NCBI GenBank assembly: GCA_000708835.1
Contig: DF237508.1
Span: forward strand, 1 to 58,206
DNA from: Klebsormidium nitens
Lineage: Eukaryota; Plantae; Klebsormidiophyceae
DNA: 58,206 bases
Direction: 5' to 3'
Part shown: positions 22,501 through 31,500 of the stretch, one piece after another
Layout of the letters: each line of letters begins with the position of its first letter
Numbering within the stretch: position 1 is the first letter of the stretch
Notes under the pieces: model-generated
Databases searched by the model: none
What the model was told of the DNA's origin: nothing
Seen by the model: the letters and a program-made list of their open reading frames with translations, nothing else
Position numbers and translations under genes: made by a program

Positions 22501-25500
22501 AACCCCGCAAACCTCGCGGCGAAGCGCATCGCGAAGCGCAAGTCGAGGCCCGGCCAGGCCGCATACCCGCCCGCATAGCTTATGACGCTTTCCGTTCGGA
22601 CAACGTCCGGCGTCCGAGAAACTAGACTGGGCACACCCTGGCCCATGGGGACGCCGTAGTAGAAATACTGCGCGACGAGCCCGAGCATTTGCGGCGCGAC
22701 GCACTGGATTTCGGACGCGGTGACGGTTGTGACCGCGCACGATAACGGCCCCAGGAACACCCGATTTTCCTCCGGGTTAGTGTCGTTAAACCCGATTCCT
22801 TGGAGGGTTAGCACCTGGCCGCCTTCGAGCGACCCGGAAAGCGGCCCGGCCGCGGAAACGTTCGCCGCGTAAGTGTAAGTGAACATCCCCACTGCGAATC
22901 CGATTCCGGGGACCTTTGCTGACACCGGATATTTACCGACTGGCAAACCGGGCACTCGGCAGGTGATGAAAACGAGGCCTTGTGGGTCGGGGCTGGCGCT
23001 CGGGTAGCCGTTGGAATCGACGTAAGAGACCGTGGTCGTGTTGCAAACAAGGCCTCCGACGGCGACCGTTGTGTCGTTGGTGATTCCGGTTCCGGTGACA
23101 GTGATGCTGCCGGAAATCGTTCCGGTGCGGGGAAAGACGCGCGTGATCACAGGAGACTCGGCTGCAAGGGAAGAGGGGTCTAAGAAAATAGTGGAATATA
23201 AAATCAAGGGCAAGACGCAGAGCCCTGCAGGAATTATTCCGGACATGCTCAGGCCTTCCGGCAAAAATTATTGACACCAAAAACTTGACGTATTCTGCAT
23301 TGGTGTTCTGAAACTTTGATGAGCTTGACGGATTCATACGGGCCAGACACGAACTCTTCTCAGACGGTCGCTCCATAAGAGTCATCTAACGCAAAGAAAG
23401 GCATGGCAGCCTTTGTGACCCGCAACGGTAGAGCACAAAATCTAAACGTCGTCCCACCGAGAACTCCGGTCTGGGAAGCCCAAAGTGAAAGGCAAGTTCT
23501 TGTAAAACCACTTTTTGGACACCTTGCTCAACTATGTTTCTCGATATAGCCCCTTCTCCAAGCCCTGCCGTTGAAAGCTTCAAAGCATCTTCTTTGCAGT
23601 CCTTCTCCAGAAGCTCACGGGACCAAACCCACGTCTCGTGACTTCACAATCGTATTGTTTTCGATCTTCAACAGATTCCGATTGAGGGTGCTGCCTGTAA
23701 AATCTCCAGCCGCCCTCGAACGACCCGCACCAAAGAAGCCTCTCGCAGCGCACTGCATGCTATGTGTGCGTCAAACCCTGCAGTCGTTCTTTGGCATCGT
23801 CAAACTGCCCAGGTTTGGTCCTTGACGAACAAGACATTCGACCGACATTTGAGGCAGCTCGCCGATTCGCTAATATCGGGTTTCAAATATACACCAATAA
23901 TGTCAGCAAATCGCCTCACCTGCCGAATAAGAGAAGGTGCAGTTTCCTCCTTGCTTGCAAATGCTCTGCGGCGTCCGGACGTCCGCCCAGCACGTGTCCG
24001 CATCCGCTCCCTCCGGACACACGCTGACCGTAACGCTGCCCCGCAAGCTCTCCCTAAAGTTACAGTCCGTTCCGGTCGGGTCGTCCGCGTTCGCGTCCGC
24101 GGCGCAGTGCGCCCTCGTCACGCACGTGACTTGCGTCAAATCAGAGGTCGCCACGTCACACAGAATGACGCCGTTCGGGAAGGTAGTGCTGAAGGGGACT
24201 TGGATTGTGACGACCGTGACGGAAGTGCTGACGTTGGTGACCGGGAAGCCGAATCCGGTGATGGTGAGGACGGAACCGCCGGCCAGGGTTCCGGCGGACG
24301 GAATGACGCTGGTGATCTCTGCAGGCGGAAATGCAGGACGCTATGGATGTTGCGGCACTATGATAGGTTTGGAGAGCGGTTCTACAACGTGTTCTCAGTC
24401 ACTGATTTAGGTGGCAGTTTGTCGTGTTTCGGGCTCGTGCAGACAGTTAGGATGATGAATGCACAGAGGCGGCAAGTTGGCGCATTGCCAGCAATCCTCG
24501 TAAACCTGAGATCTGTTCGGAAACTGCAGGCATTGATGGAAAAGGCAAACTACTCCGAGAGGCCTGCTGTTTCGACGACTCCAAGCGCCAGATAGCTTGT
24601 CAAACGCGCAACCGTCTCAGATTGCTATTGACTTCAAGCCCACTTTAACCACTGCTCAAGAACCTTCGGAAATTCAGAATCGCTCTGACTTAATCGGCTT
24701 GTGATCTGCGAAACTTACCAAGAGCCACCTCTACGGTACTGCCCGAGATCGCCGTCACGTTTCCCGCTGACGTCACAAGCACTCGGTACGCCCCTGCCGC
24801 TGCACCCTGCGCCTTACACGTCACCTGCGTTCCGTTCGCGCTGACAATTCCGCAGTCCGCCACTCTGCCGAAAGCCAAGTCTCTCAGCGTTACTACCGAT
24901 CCTGCCAAGTCTTGACCCTGGATAAGAATCAGTCCGCCGCCGGTGGCGGCAATCCGTGCTGGGTTCACTGATTCTACGCTAGGGACGCCGGTGCTTACGT
25001 ACGTCATTCCGCTCAGGGAGACGGAATCCGTTTGGCCGGAACCCAGGTCCACCGAGACAAGAACGCTGCACTGGCCCGCGGCTGCCCTTGGCGCGACGCA
25101 GGTCAGGGTTTGGGACGACGTGGTTACGTTAACCAGGGGACACGTGGCACCGCAAATGGTGACAGCGTTCCTGGTCACATTTAGGGGGTCGAAGCCAGAC
25201 CCGGTGAGAGTTACGAGGGTGCCCCCCTGAGTCGAAACCGTGGGCGGCCAGAAGCTGGCGAGCTGCAGAATCCGGAGCCGGAACGTTGACACGCCGGCAG
25301 CGGAATCCGCTGCGTACCCCTTCCCGTCCACTATCACGACGACGCGTGTCCAGCCTGCAGCGCCGCCGGGGGCTAACTTGGCCTGGATCTGAGCCCCCGA
25401 ACTGGAAGTAACTTGCGCGCGCACTCCCCCAACGAGAACCGTGTTGTTTGACGGGAGCGGAGAGAAGCCCTGCCCGCTTATGGTAATTGTATCGCCGATT

Positions 25501-28500
25501 GTGCCGTTAGTTGGAGAGACGGACGAGATGTTGGGCGTGAGGGCGACCGAGTAGGTGAAGGCGCAGTAGGCGGGGTCGCTGCGGAGCGCGAAAATGGTCA
25601 GCAAAACGTGTGAAAAGATGATGGAAACGGATGAACCACGAAGTTTCAGAAAGTCCATAGAGTGTTTCCGGATCGGAGGAACCGCAAGATTTGCGGACGC
25701 TAAGATCGTTGTAGATTCTAGAAGCTTACCCTTTGCTTTTCGTACCACTGGCTCGACTCTTTTTTGGATTGGTAACTTCGCGGATCTATTTCAAGCTAAA
25801 TCAGGGCGATTTTAGCACGCCGGGAGAATTGAAGAATGCAAGCGCTGAAGACGAAAAGGAAAACTCTTCGAGCACTGAGTTCGTGATAGATGTCCGGGCC
25901 AAACATGGATATTCAAAAGTCTAGGCATCGGCCTGCTCCTATCACCCTTCTTGGGAGGTTCTTGGGCACAGGAGTTAGTGAGTTGTGAGGATCAGCAGAA
26001 AAAGCGCGAAGTAATGGAAGCGGGATCGGTCTTGACGCACTCTTGAGGCCCTCCATCAGCCCTGGTGACTCGAGAGCGCTCCAATAATCCTTACAAAGAC
26101 GTCTACAAGGCATCGTCCTTTCCAGCGTTTACTACTTTGACGAAGACTTAGGCAAGCGCTTACCTGCAGCTTCCGATGATGCCGTCAACGGAAACGGACA
26201 CGCTCTGCGGAACCGGAACGGGCTCCCGGAGGTAGTCCCCGGGGATCGGCCTCATCCACTGGTCGAACGACCCCTGCTGCTCCTCGACCACCCGGGCACT
26301 CGCCCCGGGGCCCGTTAACCGGCTCGAGTTAACCACTAACAACGGCTGCTGACCCGCGAGGTTTCCTTGGAACGTAATGCGCCAGCCGTAGCCATAGTAG
26401 GCGTTAGGTGACCAATCCACGGAAACGTCGACGTCGCCCGGTTTGATTGCCGGCAAGCTTTCGAGGATCTCCCGGGCTTGGACGCCGTCGGAAATAACCG
26501 GTAACGCTCGGAAGGTGGTAACGGTGCCGTTTCCGAAGCCGACGCCGAACGCCCCGCCCAGCGGGCCGGAACCGGGCCTCGAGCGGAACGCTCCGCCGGA
26601 AGCGCCGTTCCCGGAGAGGTAGGTTGAGTCGACAGTTAGCAGCGGAACTGGAGAGGTTTGGAACGGAAAACTGACGTTCCACTGGGTGGATAAAGCCGTG
26701 GTTAAGGACCGGGTTACGGTGATTGAAGCGCTGGCTTTTCCTAGAACTGGTTGTGCGGACGCGATGATCGCCGCTTGGATGTCCGACACGGACGCATTTA
26801 CACTCAGGAACTTGCTGGTAACGTCCGACCCATTCATTGAGAGTGTGAAGAAGCCGCCGAGCGTGCCCTTCCCCTTAACCTTCTCGCTAACCGTGAAGTA
26901 GCCCGCGGCGCTCAGGAAGGGCGTTGCGTCGGCCAATCGTCGCGGCCGCACTTCGGCTCGAACGTCCGAAACCCCTAAACCCCCTTCCAAACCCTCGCTG
27001 AACCCTGCTAACCGGAACAGGTCAGCCGGGTCTTGCTCGAGGGCCTCAAATCCAAAGCCGCCCGTGCGATCCAGATCGGCGTACTGCAGGCTGCTTAAAC
27101 CTGCAAACCCCAGCTCGTCCGTCGCGCGCGCGCTCCGGAACCCGGCCGCCTCGCTGGCGCCCGCGAACAGATCGCCGTATTCTATGCCGTAAAAGTTGCC
27201 GTCGTCATCACTCGGGGACCGCCCGGCGAAAGACGCCCCGAGCACGATTGTGACGGCCAGCGGCGTAACGGCCACGCCAGGCATGCCCGCAAACGTTACG
27301 TCCCAAGTGCGGACGGCCCCGTACGGATCGTGCCGTACGGTCACGTTCACGGACGAGTTGACACCTGGCAGCGCCTCGAGCGCGGTGCCGACCTCGGCCG
27401 CGGTCGCATCGAGCGCGAGCGCCGGGGTTTGGGAGGCTTTGAGGGTTAGCGTAAACCCGACGGTGTCAGGGGCGTAACCCAGGGCGGAGGCGTTTAGTAG
27501 GAGGGAGAGTTTGTTGCTGAGAGCGATGGACTGGGTCTCCGCGACCGGGGGTAAGGAGGAAAGGCTGCAAAGGAGAGTAACACTTCAACAAAGTACTCAA
27601 CTTCTGACAAATTTCACCAAACACACATCTAAAGAAAGGTGGGACCAGCATGAAGATTGCCTTTCTCTGAACGTCTGCAGAGTTGGATTGCAGCAAGGAA
27701 CGAACCGTCTTGGAATACATCGAGTCCGTTCGAAATCTTAAATCCAGATGGATTGCTTCGGTCCGCTAAGTGGTCGAGCAAAGGGGTCTTTCATCTGTAT
27801 CTAAGCATTAGAACTCTCATCTGTGTTTGATGTCTGTGCTTGTCGCAAATATAATTCATCTGAAACTTGCAATCGGAACTTGCTTCCTCGATATGGGGTC
27901 TCGAAAAACTTTCCTTGCATCAAGCTCTCAAAAAGTGTCGACGAACGCTTACCTGAGCGTCTGGATCTCGCCGTATTGCTGGACTGACGTGTAGATGTGC
28001 TGTATTTCCAAAATGCTGCGAAGGGCAACAAGCTTCATAAGCAGCTGCGTTTATTTTCCACGTCATAAGCAGCCCCGTCTTATCTTTGCCAACCAGAGAT
28101 AGTCAAATCACATGAGGATCATTCATCGTTCGTGCGCTTCCTATCAACTCTGGGAGAAACCCTCAGCAGTCGAAAGCGATTCTTTGCAAGCGCTCCAAAA
28201 TAGGAGCAAACAGGCCTCGCTCTTTCACTGAAACTTCCCACTTTAAACGGAAGTCGTCCCAGGGATGTTCGATGCACCGGAGTTCCTCTGAATCCAAAGT
28301 TTCAACCGTCTTTTCAACTTGAGTCCTCCGTATATTTATACTGATTCTCGAGTTAGACCGACCCGCAACTGGCGTCTGCTGCCAAGATCCTCGATGGGGA
28401 AGGGGATAGCCAGTCACCAAACCCAGGTGCCCTTCTACCAGTGGTTAAGGTCCGGATAGGTATCCTTAACCACCAGTGGTCAAAAACAAAATGATCCTGT

Positions 28501-31500
28501 GTTTTCCTGGCGGGCCGCGGTTTGTTAGGTGTCCTTCCACCGGTGGTTAAGGTGTGGTTAAGTATCCCAACCAAATCTCTTTACCTGCCGGGCCGTGGCC
28601 GGTCGCTTGAGACGCGGACGCCGACGGACAGGCTGTTTGCAGACGCGCCCGCGATGCCGCGCGCCTCCAGAAAGTAGCGCGCGCTCGCGTTCAGAAAGAC
28701 GGGCGCCATGACGGGGCCGCCCCAGTTGCGGCGGTTGGTGGGATAGGAGAGGGAGGCAATCTGGGGAAGAGGTTTTTATGTAGATTTTTGGGCTTTCATT
28801 TGGGATTTAGGGGTCTAAAGAAAGATCCAAAAGGATAGCAGGTATAGAAGGCCGATATGGGCAGTAGGCGGTTGGAAGAGTGAATCGACAGAATGGGAGA
28901 ACTTCAAGCAAGCGTCTGACGGTCAACTTCGAGGGCAAAATTGGTCGGGTTTGACATGGTTCGGGGGTAAAGCGCGCCTAAAGAGCAAGCATGCGCAGAG
29001 ATCAAAGATCTGAGGCACGGAGCTTGCATAGTCAATGTTTCTAAGGTAGCAAGACTTATAAATCTGAACGACGTCACTTACATTGCCAATCAGCAACTGA
29101 GGATACCGCTCGGAGTTAAAGCTTTCAACTCATTGTCACAGAAATTTAAGCAGAGACAATCGAAGGGAGCGAAGGAAAACATCCATCACCCAGGTTGGAA
29201 ACTGAAGTACTACAAAAAAAACGCTGTTCAAAAGCGACTGCGGACCTTTGTCACGGCGGACGCGTTGCCGTCCGCAGTGCTGAGCCAGAGCTCGCCCAGG
29301 ACGTCCGAAGCGAAGTAGAACTGGTAGTACGTGGACCGCGGCGGAAGGAAGAATGCTCGAAGCCTGCACAACGGCAGTCAGCGAGCAACTTCGAAATGGC
29401 AACGGAATGTGCTCACTGAAGTGCAACGCATGCGTGTGAAGAATAATTGACGTGGCGTTTCGATGTTCAAGATTCTTTGATTGACCGCAAGAGTCGTCTA
29501 ACACAGCTGGGGGCCACAGTCAAATTTCAAAGATTAGAGGATTGACCACTTTCGGGGCTGATTGTTTCATTTGGATTGTCCTGCCCTCGGCAACCCAATC
29601 GATTTTAACGCGTCTTCTCGTTTGGACGTGCATCAGAGGATTGAGGTTACTAAGCACCTCCTTGCGCCTATTCGTCCAATTCCGGATTCTTTCCGTTTCC
29701 GCTTTCCGCTTTCCGCTTTCCGCTTTCCGCTTTCCGTGTCTGTTTCCGTTCCCCTCACCTCTGGCCGTAATTTCCCATCTGCGTGGTGGGCGCCTCCATG
29801 AGCCCCGTCATCAGCTGGTCGCCGTCGGGGATCCCGCTGACGTAAGCAGGCTTCTGGGTGAGCGCGTTCATCCCGGCCTGGGTCTTATTCACACCGAGCC
29901 AGTACTCCCAGACCGCGCCGCGCGCACCGGGGAACAGCTGACTGGGGCATGGAAAAAGTGACGTCAGCAAGCACCAGTCTAAGAAAAGTTCAAGGATTCG
30001 GGAAAAGTGATGTTTCATCCGTGATGTAAACGAACCTGTATGGTGAGCCTTCATGCCGCCTCATTTCACACCCAGGCCAAGGCTTCCGGACAGCGCAGCA
30101 CTTCGGATCGGTGCCGATTTAAACCGAGCAATGACTTACTGAAAGAGAATCAACGACTCATGTGCTGGTTTTGTCTACTCGACGGCTGAGTCTAAAGTGA
30201 ACTGTCCTCCAATGACGCGTTCCCATCAGTTCCTTCTGAAACGCATTGCTGCAACCCGTTCATTATCGCTGCGACTATTGCAACGCGTTCGCTTTCTTGC
30301 CAAAGCTCACCCGCTCTGGAATGCCGGCGCAGCCTTCGATGGCCCCGTTAAGCAGACGATCTCCGTGCTTGAACTGCGTCGAAAAGTGGTTGACAACGGT
30401 CAGCATCAGTCGGAGAGCAACTTGAACCACGTATGAGCGATGCACATGATTCCTTCACGTCAAACATAGCAGCTCGGTACGAAAGCCTGTCCGTCTTCAC
30501 TACAGGTGCTTGGTCGGAGCAAAGTCTGCACAGCTTTAAAGGCCCGAGGATCCTTCGTGAGCTGCCGCATATGATCGAACGCGGGTTGAGCGCTACTAAC
30601 CTCGTTTGTACGACGCATGCGGTCCCCCCCACAATTACTTTGTTGAGAGACGGGTCGAGGCTGAAACCGGTTCCGGTGATGGTTACGTTAACCCCTCCGG
30701 CAAGGCCCCCAGACGACGGAGTGACGGACAAAACGTCTGGGTGAAGCTGCGTAAGGAAAGGGAGTGCTTTGATTGAGAGGGGCCTGGAGAAAGTAGGGCG
30801 TATCAAAACGAGCGTGCTTGCGAGCGAGTAGCGGAAAGTTCTATGCGGGGTGGAACGACCTCGTCTAAGCAGCAGATGGCGTCAGAAGCGGCACGAAGAG
30901 ATGACAGATTGTTGACCGAATACGGCGTTCGCAGATTGCACATGCGGTTGGCGTACTCTCCAAAACGGAGGATCCCTCTTTTCATGTGCTTGGCAACGCG
31001 GACGTCTCTCTTCCTCCAGATATGAACTGTAGGGGCAGCTTCCCTCACTTAGAACCATCATTTGAAACTTTACCGAAAAAAAATAATCTCTCTGAAAAAT
31101 TCCCATACACAAATCGTCACCTGGAAGTTGTACGGACGTTCGAGCGGGTCCACGTAGTACGTCTGACGGTCCGGCTTGGCGTAGCCGTTGATCCACCCCG
31201 GGCGTAGAATCGAGAGCGTCACATTTTGCGACGCGGCCGGCTGGCTAAACGGAGCGAGGGAGCAGCTAACCTGGTAGGGGCCGAAACTGCAAGGATAGTA
31301 TAGCGTTTGCATCGACCGAAAAGCTTCAAAACACCTTCCAGATTTTTGTGCCAATCAGATGGTTCAATGCGTCCACATGGTAAAAGGGTACATCTCAAAG
31401 CAGTAAAGAGTATCGTACCTCCTACTTGAAATCACTTCAAACGGCTCCTTTCAAGCTGATAGTGGGGGCTGGCTATAAAGGGTGGCCACCCGCTTAGCGT

